DNA from: an uncultured bacterium
GTDB taxonomy: Bacteria > Zixibacteria > MSB-5A5 > UBA10806
Length of the DNA stretch: 64,000 nucleotides
Reading direction: 5' to 3'
Assembly: GCA_965541585.1 (NCBI GenBank)
Contig: CBEUCH010000012.1
Span: 1-64,000, forward strand
Below the pieces are notes generated by a model, which searched no databases, was not told the origin of the DNA, and saw only the letters and a program-made list of their open reading frames with translations. Made by a program: the position numbers and the translations under genes. Positions 37,636-48,142 of this stretch are shown one piece after another (positions within the stretch are counted from its first letter, which is position 1; each line of letters opens with the position of its first letter).

Positions 37636-39498
37636 ATGAAAACAACCAACAAAATGAAAAGTTTTTTCGCACTGAGTGTAGTCCTGTGCTCGGCTGTAAT
37701 TGCGCTATTGGCGAGTCAGGCTTGGGCGCAACAGATACCTCAAGCCCCGCCTCCTCGCCATCCGGCCAAGGACCTGCCCATGCCTGCCGGTCTCTACGAC
37801 CTGGACTATGGGGTGAGGGTAGAGGGCGCTGATGCCGCCAGCATAATCCTTAAGAAGGGATTTATCGCTCGTGCAGATGGCAAAATAAACGTCGAGATTA
37901 TCAACCAAAAAGGACCGGAGCACGTTGATCCGGAACTTGTCACCCGGTCTGGAGGTGAGGTTGACGCCACCTGGCATAATCGAGTCAGCGCCTGGATTCC
38001 TCCTGACCAGATGATCGCTCTAGCCAGAAGGCTGCCGGCAGGGTTTTACATGGAAGATGTGTGCGCGGGGGGATTGGATGACGAGGGCCCGGGAGTGATC
38101 GGCTCGGATGCCTACCGGGACGCTGGAGCAGATGGCTCTGGAATAAAGATTGCCGTCATAGATAGCGGCTTTGACAGTTTGATACAAGCACAAAACGCGG
38201 GAGCTGCACCGCCGACTTTTGGCGATACGGATACAGTGGATTTCGCAGGTGGGGGAATCATTTCGGGGAGCCGTCATGGCTGCGGTTGCCTTGAGATGGT
38301 ATATGATCATGCGCCCGGAGCTACCTACTACCTTTACCGGGTTAACGGTGGAAACATAACGCATCTGGGCAATGCCGTGGACAGCGCAATTGCCAAGGGT
38401 GTTAATATTATCACGCTCTCGCAAAGTTATTACAATCAGGGGTGGGAGGACAACTCAGGTGGGGCCTGTGACGCCGCTGCCGCTGCCACGGCCGCCGGGA
38501 TGCTGTTCTTCACTTCGGCGGGCAATCGCGCCAAAGACCACTGGCAGGGTGATCTCAGCCCAACCGTAACTGGCTGGCACAAGTGGGCGGCAAGTGGTGA
38601 TGTTACCATAGATATTGTCATGGACTCCGGCGACACTGACAATTTTCGCTTATCCTGGGATACTACCGGTGATGTTTACGATTACAATTTATACCTGTAT
38701 AACTCGACTCTTGACTCTGTGTTGGCCAGTGATCTCGAGCCTGGCAACAACTTCGAGGAATTCAGTTGGACGAATAACATAGGTGACGATCTGACGGTTA
38801 AACTCATGGTCTGGCGGGCGAGAGGAGGTATTACCGAGATGGAGGTTTTCGAGAGCAAGAGTGGGACCTGGCAGGAGGAGCATAGAGTTTCCGAGGGCTC
38901 CACGACGTCACCCAGCAACAGCACCGAACCCAACTGCATATCGGTCGGCGCCGTTGATTGGGATGTTTTCACCTCCCCACCGGGTACGGATAATATCATT
39001 AAGTCTTATAGCAGCCAGGGGCCAACCAATGAAGGCGGCACCCGACCCAAATTGTGTGGACCAACGAATTGCTCATCCGTGTCCTACCCGGGCAGTAGCG
39101 GCTTCACAGGTACCAGTGCCGCCACACCCAACGCCGCCGGAGCGGCGGCGGCCTTTTGGTCCAGCGCACCATTTCTCAGCGCTTCGTCCGTCAGGTATCT
39201 GCTGTTTGAAAAGGGAGAGATCTTCAAAGATTGGGGTTCCGGGGGTAATGACAATATATACGGCCGTGGAGGTGTCGCACTACACACCTACCACGACAAT
39301 ACCGTCTGGGTTGACCGACGATATGGAAACACCTTCGGGTTTGCCGATCAACCTTTCTATTATGTATCTGATGCCGAGTCATGGGCCACAACCGGAGGGA
39401 GAATCGTTTTCCTGGGACAGAGCTATCCGGAGGTGATCACTCTAACCAAGGAGTTGCTCTATGAGACCATTGGCTGGCCGGCGCTGCTGGGAGATTAG
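37636..39498 (+). CDS. Secreted S8 (subtilisin-like) serine peptidase
   Basis: IDSG, HG.G, SAGN and GTSAATP motifs. Confidence 0.9.
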   Translation: MKTTNKMKSFFALSVVLCSAVIALLASQAWAQQIPQAPPPRHPAKDLPMPAGLYDLDYGVRVEGADAASIILKKGFIARADGKINVEIINQKGPEHVDPELVTRSGGEVDATWHNRVSAWIPPDQMIALARRLPAGFYMEDVCAGGLDDEGPGVIGSDAYRDAGADGSGIKIAVIDSGFDSLIQAQNAGAAPPTFGDTDTVDFAGGGIISGSRHGCGCLEMVYDHAPGATYYLYRVNGGNITHLGNAVDSAIAKGVNIITLSQSYYNQGWEDNSGGACDAAAAATAAGMLFFTSAGNRAKDHWQGDLSPTVTGWHKWAASGDVTIDIVMDSGDTDNFRLSWDTTGDVYDYNLYLYNSTLDSVLASDLEPGNNFEEFSWTNNIGDDLTVKLMVWRARGGITEMEVFESKSGTWQEEHRVSEGSTTSPSNSTEPNCISVGAVDWDVFTSPPGTDNIIKSYSSQGPTNEGGTRPKLCGPTNCSSVSYPGSSGFTGTSAATPNAAGAAAAFWSSAPFLSASSVRYLLFEKGEIFKDWGSGGNDNIYGRGGVALHTYHDNTVWVDRRYGNTFGFADQPFYYVSDAESWATTGGRIVFLGQSYPEVITLTKELLYETIGWPALLGD

Positions 39499-39623
39499 GC
39501 CGAAATGCATATGTATCCCACCTCTTTGGGATGCGATAAGTATGCTAAGATAGATTACCAAATATCGAGTTCGTCTTTGATGCGGTGGGTTACCATTTCA
39601 TATTCAGGCAGCATCGTATGTGT

Positions 39624-39654
39624 CGTTTCCACTAATATCCGGTTAGTGGAAACG
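39624..39654. repeat. 31-bp palindrome family, copy 3 (perfect arms)
   Basis: CGTTTCCACTAA-TATCCGG-TTAGTGGAAACG. Confidence 0.8.
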
Positions 39655-39672
39655 GTACGGCTGATTTCAACT

Positions 39673-42048
39673 CTATGGCGAACCGGGGCAGTCAGGGCAA
39701 CCGGAGGCGGTCATGGTTCCCCGATAGGCCGCAATCTCGGTAACTACGTCGCTGAGCTCGTTAACGACGCAGTTTCCGTTCGGATCGGCCGTAGCCGGGA
39801 AATCGTCGCCATGGGGTGGGCAGGGGCATGTGAACGGGTTGGCGGTTGTGCCTCTGTAGGTGCCGATCATGGTGACTACATCGCTGAGCTCCAGTGGAAT
39901 GGTGTTGGTGTTGCAGTCGCCGGGTATGTAATTGCAAGGTACCGGCCCTGAATTGCCAAGATTTATGAGAATCGAGACGTTATTAAGCATACCATGTGGC
40001 ACGGCCAGGTCCCTATTCCCATCACCATCAAGATCGGAGGCAAACACTGAGCGGGGATAGTCCCCAACCCCGTAATTGATCGCATCATGGAATGTCCCGT
40101 CGCCGTTGTTCATCAATATCGAGACGTTATGAGAAGCGTAGTTTACTACAGCCAAATCCTCGTCTCCATCTCCGTCAAGGTCGGAAGCAAACACCGACCA
40201 AGGATATAGCCCTGCTCTATAATTGACAGCTTCCTGGAATGTTCCGTCGCCGTTGTTAATCAATATGGAGACGTTATGAGAACCGTCATTTGCTACAGCC
40301 AGATCCTCATTCCCATCACCGTCAAGGTCGGAGGCAAACACTGAGCGGGGATAATTCCCAACCCTGTAATCGACCGGCCCCTGGAATGTACCGTCTCCAT
40401 TGTTCATCAATATCGAGATGTCACGCCCGATATCTGCCACGGCCAGATCCTCATCATCGTCACGGTCAAGATCAGAACCAAACACGAAGTGGGCGCCGTT
40501 ACCTGCCCCATAATTGACCGCCTCTTGGAATGTCCCGTCGCCGTTATTTATCAATATTGAGACGTTACTAGAACCGTAGTTTGCGGTGGCAAGATCCTTA
40601 TCCCCATCACCGTCGAGGTCAGAAATAAACACCGAGCGGGGATTTCTCCCCACTCCGTAATTTACCTTATCCTGGAATGTGCCGTCGCCGTTGTTCATCA
40701 ATATAGAAACGTCATAGGAACCGTAGTTTGCCACAGCCAGATCCTCATCCCCATCGCCGTCGAGGTCGGAAGCAAACACTGAATGAGGAAGATGCCCTGC
40801 TCCGTAGTTGATTGGGCCCTGGAATGTCCCGTCGCCGTTGTTCATCAATATCGAAACGTTACCCCCGATATTTGCTACGGCCAGATCCTTATCTCCGTCA
40901 CCGTCAAGGTCCGATGCAAACACAGAACGTGGATAGCCCCCCGCCTCGTAATTAATTTCCCTCTGGAAAGTGCCGTCGCCGTTGTTCTTTAATATCGACA
41001 CGTTGTTAGAAACACACTTCGCGACAGCCAGATCTTCATCGCCATCACTGTCAAGGTCGGATGCAAACACCGACTGTGGATAGCTCCCTGCCCAGTAATT
41101 GACCGCTTCCTGAAAGGTCCCGTCGCCATTGTTCGTCAATATCGAAACATTATAAGGACCGTAGCTCCCTGCGGCCAAGTCAGCATACCCATCACCGTTA
41201 AAGTCTGAAGCAAACAATGAGTAAGTAGCGTTCCCTGCGGAGTAAATGACAGGATCCTGAAATGTGCCGTCGCCGTTATTCATCAATATGGAGATGTAGC
41301 TATCTTCGCCAACGGCTAGATCCTCATCGCCATCTCCGTCAAAATCGGAGCCATACACTGAGCGACCCCCTGCCGCGCAATAGACCGGCGTCTGGAAAGT
41401 TCCATTGCCATTGTTCATCAATATAGAGATATAGCCAAAGCCAGTCCCTACGGCTAGGTCCCTGTCCCCATCTCCGTCGAGGTCGGAAGCAAAAACTGAA
41501 TTCGGATAATCCCCCGCCCAGTAACTGACCGCTTCCTGAAATGTCCCATCACCATAATTCATTAATATCGAGACATCATGAAGGTAATTTGCTACGATCA
41601 CGTCGCCATCTCCATCCCCATCAAGGTCGGAGATAATTACCGAGCTGGGCGAGTCGCCTGCCTCGTAATCTACACCTTCCTGAAAAATGCCATCGCCGTT
41701 ATTCATCAATATTGTAATACCGCTATTTGCGACGGCCAAGTCCTCGTCTCCATCTCCGTCAAGGTCGGAGGCATAGACCGAATTGGCACCGTTCACTACC
41801 CCATAATTGATCGGTCTCTGGAATGTACCATCCCCATTGTTCATCAGTACCGAGACGTCACTAGAACCAATATTCGCCACGGCCAGGTCTTCATCGCCAT
41901 CATCGTCAAGGTCGGAAGCAAAAACTGAATTGGGGCGGCTCCCTACGTCGTAGTCAATCCGGGTATCGAAAAGCGGTTCAAAAGCGAGAACATTTCCGGC
42001 TAATATGAAAAAAAATGTGTACATCAGAATTGCTATTATTCTATTCAT
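39673..42048 (-). CDS. FG-GAP repeat protein (14 repeats) with a C-terminal Cys-rich dockerin-like domain
   Basis: Signal peptide; 14 DxDGDGDxDL units; YIPGDCN..ELSDVV / ADPNGNC..ELSDVV. Confidence 0.92.
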   Translation of the reverse strand: MNRIIAILMYTFFFILAGNVLAFEPLFDTRIDYDVGSRPNSVFASDLDDDGDEDLAVANIGSSDVSVLMNNGDGTFQRPINYGVVNGANSVYASDLDGDGDEDLAVANSGITILMNNGDGIFQEGVDYEAGDSPSSVIISDLDGDGDGDVIVANYLHDVSILMNYGDGTFQEAVSYWAGDYPNSVFASDLDGDGDRDLAVGTGFGYISILMNNGNGTFQTPVYCAAGGRSVYGSDFDGDGDEDLAVGEDSYISILMNNGDGTFQDPVIYSAGNATYSLFASDFNGDGYADLAAGSYGPYNVSILTNNGDGTFQEAVNYWAGSYPQSVFASDLDSDGDEDLAVAKCVSNNVSILKNNGDGTFQREINYEAGGYPRSVFASDLDGDGDKDLAVANIGGNVSILMNNGDGTFQGPINYGAGHLPHSVFASDLDGDGDEDLAVANYGSYDVSILMNNGDGTFQDKVNYGVGRNPRSVFISDLDGDGDKDLATANYGSSNVSILINNGDGTFQEAVNYGAGNGAHFVFGSDLDRDDDEDLAVADIGRDISILMNNGDGTFQGPVDYRVGNYPRSVFASDLDGDGNEDLAVANDGSHNVSILINNGDGTFQEAVNYRAGLYPWSVFASDLDGDGDEDLAVVNYASHNVSILMNNGDGTFHDAINYGVGDYPRSVFASDLDGDGNRDLAVPHGMLNNVSILINLGNSGPVPCNYIPGDCNTNTIPLELSDVVTMIGTYRGTTANPFTCPCPPHGDDFPATADPNGNCVVNELSDVVTEIAAYRGTMTASGCPDCPGSP

Positions 42049-42367
42049 CTTTTCCTCCTAAAACGTCTTTGAGTAAATGATCGACATATTAAGAAAGTAA
42101 ATCTAGTAAGGTCAACACGTACAGCCTCCTGAATTTATAGTTAATAAAAATATGGTTAGTCAAGGCTAATTTATCCTGCAAAGAGCAAAAGTCGTGCTCA
42201 GAAAAGCTTACAGATCAGCCACAGACGACTCAGTCCGGGGGATCGGATATGGTTCAAGAATAAGCCATTTCAGACTAAATGCGATATGCCCCGCTCGGCC
42301 CGATTGAACCATAGCGAGACCTCTGCCTGAATCTCGATCCTGCAGATTCCAGCTATATTATTGAATA

Positions 42368-42577
42368 TCAGTTGGTGAAGAAATCAAAGATGTTCCCGAG
42401 CATGCTGCTGTCGGCTTTGAAGATTTCGGTATATCTGCATCGGGAGCAGGTTACCGTTGTGAATCTCCTGCTCTGCACGTCGAAGATCTTGCTCCAAAAA
42501 CCACCGGCAGCGCGTAGCTCGCCAGTCTCATACTGGCCGTTCGAGCATTTCGGGCATCTGTAATTGAGATTATTCAT
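42368..42577 (-). CDS. Zinc-ribbon small protein (DUF2082-like)
   Basis: CPKC...SKIFDVQ...CSRCRYTE motif. Confidence 0.85.
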   Translation of the reverse strand: MNNLNYRCPKCSNGQYETGELRAAGGFWSKIFDVQSRRFTTVTCSRCRYTEIFKADSSMLGNIFDFFTN

Positions 42578-42743
42578 TTCATTTGCTCCCATCCATTTAC
42601 TTACTCATCCGGTATCATCCAGATATATATACACCTATTCCCCTGCACAATTCAAGGATGTCCGACTGCCGAAAATGATAACTTATTCACGGTATAGAAA
42701 AAGGTACGAGGATTTCATGACCGGCCTCAAAGCATGATCGAGC

Positions 42744-44573
42744 TTACTTTTCCTTTTGAAGAGCCACCCATTTATTCATGCGTTCTTCGAGCAGATCCAG
42801 CGGCAAGGAGCCGTTTCCCAGTAACTCGTCGTGGAAGGCCCGTATATCGAAAGCGTCGTCAAGTGCGCCGGCCGCAAATGCCCGCAATTCCTTAATCTTG
42901 AGTTCTCCTATTTTATATGCCAGCGCTTGGCCGGGCCATACAATATACCGGTCAACCTCGACGACAACATCGTGTTCTGTCTTGCTCGAATTTTCTATGA
43001 AAAGATCAATGGCCTCTTGACGGCTCCAACCCAATGCGTGAATCCCTGTGTCCACTACCAGGCGGATCGCACGCCACATTTCATAAGTAAGCTGACCAAA
43101 CTTGGAATAGGGACTCTCATAGAAACCCATTTCTTCTCCCAGGCTCTCCGCATAGAGACCCCAGCCCTCGGTATAAGCCGTATATCCACCATGCTGACGG
43201 AATTCCGGCAGGTCGCCGAGTTCCAGCGCCAATGATATCTGAAGATGGTGCCCTGGGACCGCCTCGTGCAGGGTCAAAGCCTCCATCTCCCATTTGGGCC
43301 GCATCTTGAGGTTGTAGGTGTTTGCGTAGAAATATCCAGGTCGGCCTGCAGTTAGAGATCCTCCCTGGTAATAGGCGGTGGTCTGCGACTTTTCAGCATA
43401 AGATGGAATGGGTATCACTCCATATGGGAGTGTGGGAAGCCTGCCGAATAATTTGATCAACTCAGGATCGGCACGCTTTGAGATATCGCGATACTCACGA
43501 ATCAAGTCTTCCGCATCGTCAAAGTAAAACTTCGGATCGGTGCGTAGAAATTCGGTGAACTCTTGGAAAGTACCTTCAAATCCAACCTGAGCTATGATAT
43601 CTTCCATTTTCTTGCGTATCCTTTTCACCTCTGAGAGACCGATCTCATGGATCTCTTCAGGAGACAGGTAAGTGGTTGTATAGCGATGAATCCTGTAGGC
43701 ATACCATTCACTGCCGTCGGGCAGATCGCTCAATGCTATGGATTCCCGTGCCCCCGGGATGTAGGTCTCCGCCAGATATTTATGGAGCCTCCTGAGTGCC
43801 GGAACAACGTTTTCAGCAAATGCGTCCATGGCCCTCTTCACCAACCGTTCACGCTCCTGCTCCGGAATCGTGACCGGAAATTCCCCGAAGGGTTTCATCA
43901 GAGGATTCTCCATCGGATCGCCGGCTATCAGGTTTTCCACTTGCTCGGGCACATCTCTTAGAGTGATTCTCGGTGGTGTAATCCCGGATTCACGCCCTTT
44001 GCCCAATAGGGTAATAGCCTGATCGAACATCGCGGGAATTCCTTCCAGGCGTTCTATGATATCATTATAATCCTCTATAGTGAAAGTGGGCATTACCGAT
44101 ATGACCTGGGCAGCTTCCTGATGGACACCACCAAGCTGGCTGATCTGCAGATATTCGCTCTTGAATCGCGTACCCTCTATTTTAATCTCAATATTCCTCT
44201 TGAACAGGTCGTAGTTTAACTGATCCGCCTCGCTCAGCTCCGAACGGTCGATGGTTTCCAGTACCCTCAAAGGATCGCGTAACTCCCGCTTGCGTCTCTC
44301 GATAGCCTCCGGGGAATTATCCGTCCAGCGGTGGTTCTGGCCGGGGTAGCCGACATATGTGGCGTACTCGGGATTTTCAATCATGCTGTATTCCCAGTTG
44401 ATTTCGAATAGCTTGTGCAGGCGCTCGCTATGGCTCATGTTTTCCCTGTTTTCAATCAGGTCGTTATACATTTGCTGAAAATTCATCTCGTTTACTCCCC
44501 CGTCGGCGCTCGACATAACAGCAAAGACCCAGAAGCCCGTAACCAAAATAAGTATCTTCGTTTGCATCATCAT
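42744..44573 (-). CDS. DUF885 family secreted protein
   Basis: HEAVPGHHLQ, EGWGLYAE, RAIRLVVDTGIH and PGQALAYKIG motifs. Confidence 0.93.
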   Translation of the reverse strand: MMMQTKILILVTGFWVFAVMSSADGGVNEMNFQQMYNDLIENRENMSHSERLHKLFEINWEYSMIENPEYATYVGYPGQNHRWTDNSPEAIERRKRELRDPLRVLETIDRSELSEADQLNYDLFKRNIEIKIEGTRFKSEYLQISQLGGVHQEAAQVISVMPTFTIEDYNDIIERLEGIPAMFDQAITLLGKGRESGITPPRITLRDVPEQVENLIAGDPMENPLMKPFGEFPVTIPEQERERLVKRAMDAFAENVVPALRRLHKYLAETYIPGARESIALSDLPDGSEWYAYRIHRYTTTYLSPEEIHEIGLSEVKRIRKKMEDIIAQVGFEGTFQEFTEFLRTDPKFYFDDAEDLIREYRDISKRADPELIKLFGRLPTLPYGVIPIPSYAEKSQTTAYYQGGSLTAGRPGYFYANTYNLKMRPKWEMEALTLHEAVPGHHLQISLALELGDLPEFRQHGGYTAYTEGWGLYAESLGEEMGFYESPYSKFGQLTYEMWRAIRLVVDTGIHALGWSRQEAIDLFIENSSKTEHDVVVEVDRYIVWPGQALAYKIGELKIKELRAFAAGALDDAFDIRAFHDELLGNGSLPLDLLEERMNKWVALQKEK

Positions 44574-44727
44574 GGCTCCACCGGTTTGATCATATTCTCA
44601 TCAGCTGAATTCTATTTTGATCATTCAGAAACATCAAGCTATCAATAAGGAAACCTTCGGAATCTTTCGGCCGACAGATGGCGACACATTGATGTAAATT
44701 CACCAGGAGAAATGCGTTTCACTGTGA

Positions 44728-46836
44728 TCACCTCGGGGTTGCATCCGGAAGGCCACCGTCCACCGGCATGGTTGCACCCGTTGTCGGGGTCTGACGAGTT
44801 GCAAAATATAATACCGCCCTGGCAACGTGTGTTGCGGTTATCTTTGCCTTCAGCAGATTCCGCGTTCGATAATATTCCTCAAGACCCTTCTCATCTAGGT
44901 CTCTTGCGCGCATACGGTCAGGTCCGACCTCGGCCCATAGTCCGGATTTGCGCTTTCCATGAGCAAACACCGCATCAGGCGACACCATGTTGACGCGCAC
45001 ATCGATCTCTGCAAGTTCCAGGCTGGCGATCCGAGCCAGTTGGTGTGATGCTGCCTTTGTAGCGCTATATGCCCCGAATTTTGCACCCGGTGCAAAAACA
45101 TTCTTAGTCGATATCAGGATAATATCCCCTCCTGTTCCCTGGATCTTGAAATGCCGTGAAATTTCGGAAAGGATGTGAAGTGTCCCTTCAACGTTTACCT
45201 GCTCCAGTTTCCGAAAAGCACTCGGATCCATATCCGAAAGTGATGAGGCATGTGCAATGCCGGCATTCATCACCACCAGATCAATGCCGCCCCAGGTATG
45301 AATAACCAAGTCAAAACCTTCAGCAACTGACGTCGGATCTGTTACATCAAGGGGGATACCAATAATTCGTTCTCCATACCTCGGTTTCAACTCATCTACA
45401 AATGTATTCAGGTTATCACCCGATAGATCCGTAGCAGCCACATGACATCCTTTTTCAAGGAGCTCCTGGCAAATCCCGGTCCCGATCGCCCCTGCTGCAC
45501 CGGTAATTAGTGCTATTGAGTTTTGCAGAGGAAGTCCCTCTTGCCGGCCAAGCTTTGCATGTTGAAGGCTGAAATATTCCATATCGAAAAGATGTTTTTC
45601 ACTTAATCCTTCATACCTTCCCATTGCAGCAATCTTTGTCTTGGCAGCCAGAGTCCGGGCAGTGATATCTTTGATTATTCCGGCTTCTACAACGTCCTTA
45701 CCTGCGCATATTGCTCCTAATCCCGGCATGAGAATTGTCCGTGGCATGGAGTCAAAACGATTGAGGCCGGCTTTTATACTTTGGGAATGACGCTCGAAAT
45801 ACGCGTCATATTTCTTCGCATATTCAGTTATTGCAGTGGAGATTTGGTCCCTCATCTTGTTATCATCATCATATTGTGGAGCGTCTACCCACAGCGGAAG
45901 AGCCTTGGTTCTGATCAGGTGATCAGTGGTCAGGGGTGGTGTCAATGCGATTTCTTTTCCACGGTCTGAATCAACCAGGTTGAGAACTTCCTTTGTTATT
46001 AGAGATCGAATGATAAAACGCCGGTATGGCCAGTCGGCATTTCTCGTGGGGACAGCCAGCAACCCTCTAAGGATTGGTGCGACCTTCAGATATCTTTCCC
46101 TTGCTGCCGCGGGAGACGTGGTGATCCTTACTTTTAGCGCACCTGTCCCTTTTCTGGCCAGATACTCTTCTGCCTTTATCACAAGTTCAATAGTCCTCTC
46201 ATAAGATTCACGGGCCGTCTCGCCCCAGGTAAGCAATCCATGTTTCATCAAGATCATGCCCCTGCTATCAGGAGATGATTCAAATGCCTCGGCAGCAGCT
46301 TTGGCCAGCGTAAATCCGGGCTTAACATATTCCAGGACGATTACATCGTTCCCCAACGCATCCCGGACGGTTTTTTCTCCGTCAGGCCGATTGGTCAGGG
46401 CCAATATGGCGTCCGCATGAGTGTGATCAACGTATTTTGGGGGAATAAAGGCGTGAAGCAATGTTTCGATTGACGGTGACATCACTTGAGCATTGAAACG
46501 GTGTGTTAGCAATTCATTAACCATGGTCTCGTCGGAAAGCTCCGACAGAGTTCGTAACTGCTGCAGGTAATCAAGGTCCAGTCCGGAATGTCCTTCCGGC
46601 TCGATATTTGCAAGATCATGTCCCGATACTTTAACAAAGATCGCAGGGATACGTTTGCCAAGGATGTTGGTGAATGTTCCCTTGACAGATGTATTTCCCC
46701 CACCGTGAAGCACGAGTTCCTTATCCGCTCCGATCAGCCTGCTTGCATAGGTCCGGAGAGCCAGGTCCTCTCCCCATTTTTTCCCGTATTTTGCGATGAA
46801 TTCAGATGCCTTATCTTGCGACCATCTGTTCTCCAT
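44728..46836 (-). CDS. Bifunctional class II aldolase / short-chain dehydrogenase (rhamnulose-1-P aldolase/ADH-like)
   Basis: GGGNTSVK, PSIETLLH, HTHAD; TGAAGAIG, YSATKAA, VDGG motifs. Confidence 0.9.
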   Translation of the reverse strand: MENRWSQDKASEFIAKYGKKWGEDLALRTYASRLIGADKELVLHGGGNTSVKGTFTNILGKRIPAIFVKVSGHDLANIEPEGHSGLDLDYLQQLRTLSELSDETMVNELLTHRFNAQVMSPSIETLLHAFIPPKYVDHTHADAILALTNRPDGEKTVRDALGNDVIVLEYVKPGFTLAKAAAEAFESSPDSRGMILMKHGLLTWGETARESYERTIELVIKAEEYLARKGTGALKVRITTSPAAARERYLKVAPILRGLLAVPTRNADWPYRRFIIRSLITKEVLNLVDSDRGKEIALTPPLTTDHLIRTKALPLWVDAPQYDDDNKMRDQISTAITEYAKKYDAYFERHSQSIKAGLNRFDSMPRTILMPGLGAICAGKDVVEAGIIKDITARTLAAKTKIAAMGRYEGLSEKHLFDMEYFSLQHAKLGRQEGLPLQNSIALITGAAGAIGTGICQELLEKGCHVAATDLSGDNLNTFVDELKPRYGERIIGIPLDVTDPTSVAEGFDLVIHTWGGIDLVVMNAGIAHASSLSDMDPSAFRKLEQVNVEGTLHILSEISRHFKIQGTGGDIILISTKNVFAPGAKFGAYSATKAASHQLARIASLELAEIDVRVNMVSPDAVFAHGKRKSGLWAEVGPDRMRARDLDEKGLEEYYRTRNLLKAKITATHVARAVLYFATRQTPTTGATMPVDGGLPDATPR

Positions 46837-46924
46837 AGCATCTCCTAACCGGTTTGGGATCTTACTGCGTTCGACATGATTTGAGCAGATTATATGCCTT
46901 GTTGGCCGGCACAGATTGTCTCTT

Positions 46925-47803
46925 TTATTTCTTCTTCAGGGTCTGATATACTTGATACGCTTCTTCAGGTGGCATGTTTTCATGAACGACTTTTCGCACC
47001 GCCTGGATCATTGCCCCGGGGGCATCGGATTGAAATATATTTCGTCCCATATCAACGCCACAAGCGCCCTGCTTGATTGCATTGTAAGCCATCTTCAGAG
47101 CATTGAGTTCCGAAACCTTCTTTCCGCCGGCGATAACTATGGGGACAGGGCAGGATGCCGTTACGGTTTCGAATCCCTCGGGGACATAATAAGTCTTGAC
47201 GTATGACGCTCCCAGTTCGGCACAGATTCTGGTTGCTAAACGCATATATTTGGCGTCCCGGGCCATCTGCTTGCCTACTGCCGTAACGCAGAGGACAGGG
47301 ATACCATACCGGTTACCCATATCCACCAGCCGTGTCATATTATGTATCGATTTGGTTTCGTATTCGCCTCCAACAAACACCTGAACTGCAAGTGCGGCAA
47401 CGTTCAAACGGATGGCATCTTCGATATCAACAGCAATCTCTTCATTCGAGAGCTCTTTGAGTATGCTTGGACCACCGCTTGCTCTGAGGACGATTCCTTT
47501 TGTAAAGGTCGGGGGGATGGTTGAGCGCAATATTCCACGCGTGCACATGAGGGTGTCGGCGTAAGGGAGCAGTGGTACGATGGTCACATCAATCCGTTCC
47601 AACCCTGCAGTCGGACCGAGAAAATACCCGTGGTCGATGGCAAGCATCACAGTACGCCCGGTCTCTGGATGAAATATATTCGATAACCGGTTTTTCATCC
47701 CCCAATCCAGTGAGTTCGAGCCTCGCAACGTGAACGGCTGGTTCTTCATGGGGACATCCGGGTGATAATTGTGCGTTTCTTGATTGCTGGCCTTATCTGC
47801 CAT
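46925..47803 (-). CDS. lsrF: LsrF-like class I aldolase/thiolase
   Basis: [30 protein letters not shown] and DMGRNIFQ motifs. Confidence 0.88.
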   Translation of the reverse strand: MADKASNQETHNYHPDVPMKNQPFTLRGSNSLDWGMKNRLSNIFHPETGRTVMLAIDHGYFLGPTAGLERIDVTIVPLLPYADTLMCTRGILRSTIPPTFTKGIVLRASGGPSILKELSNEEIAVDIEDAIRLNVAALAVQVFVGGEYETKSIHNMTRLVDMGNRYGIPVLCVTAVGKQMARDAKYMRLATRICAELGASYVKTYYVPEGFETVTASCPVPIVIAGGKKVSELNALKMAYNAIKQGACGVDMGRNIFQSDAPGAMIQAVRKVVHENMPPEEAYQVYQTLKKK

Positions 47804-47906
47804 CGTTGGTCTCCTTTCTCGGTTTATGGCAACGTGCCCAATCTACTCTCACACATGTACTTCGCCAAGTGAATTCGGACAACCAGTATCTTAAATTAGG
47901 CGATAA

Positions 47907-48059
47907 TTATTGATTTCGCAAATCATTCTTCTGCAAGCCAGCTAAAAACGTATCCCTGATGCGCGGGTCAAGTTCGATTCCATGTTCCTCCAAAACCGGT
48001 AAGAGGAGCCCAGCATGCTTTTCCCAGTTTAACCTGGTTGCTTTATCCATAGAGTGCAT
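47907..48059 (-). pseudogene. Short or truncated ORF (50 aa) starting just after attC; possible second cassette
   Basis: MHSMDKATRLNWEKHAGLLLPVLEEHGIELDPRIRDTFLAGLQKNDLRNQ; ATG lies 6 nt after the R' box. Confidence 0.4.
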
Positions 48060-48065
48060 TGTTAC

Positions 48066-48126
48066 ACCTAACGATTTAACTCACGGGCGCGATGTTTTTC
48101 GCATCCTGTGGAGCGATTTGTCAGGC
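48066..48126 (-). mobile_element. attC recombination site (61 bp, R'' variant GAC)
   Basis: Minus strand: GCCTGAC-AAATC-GCTCCACA...CGTGAGT-TAAATC-GTTAGGT with an internal GCGA/TCGC stem. Confidence 0.75.
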
Positions 48127-48142
48127 CCATTCTTCTTGTTTT

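Noticed and set aside
39624..39654. CRISPR array suggested by GTTTCC...GGAAAC ends
   Set aside because: Copies are single and kilobases apart, with no spacers and no cas genes
39940..41980. Regular ~147-bp periodicity as a CRISPR or non-coding repeat
   Set aside because: Fully explained by in-frame FG-GAP coding repeats
42248..42313. Inverted repeat TATGGTTCAA...TTGAACCATA
   Set aside because: Single occurrence with no other support; cannot be assigned as an ncRNA or MITE
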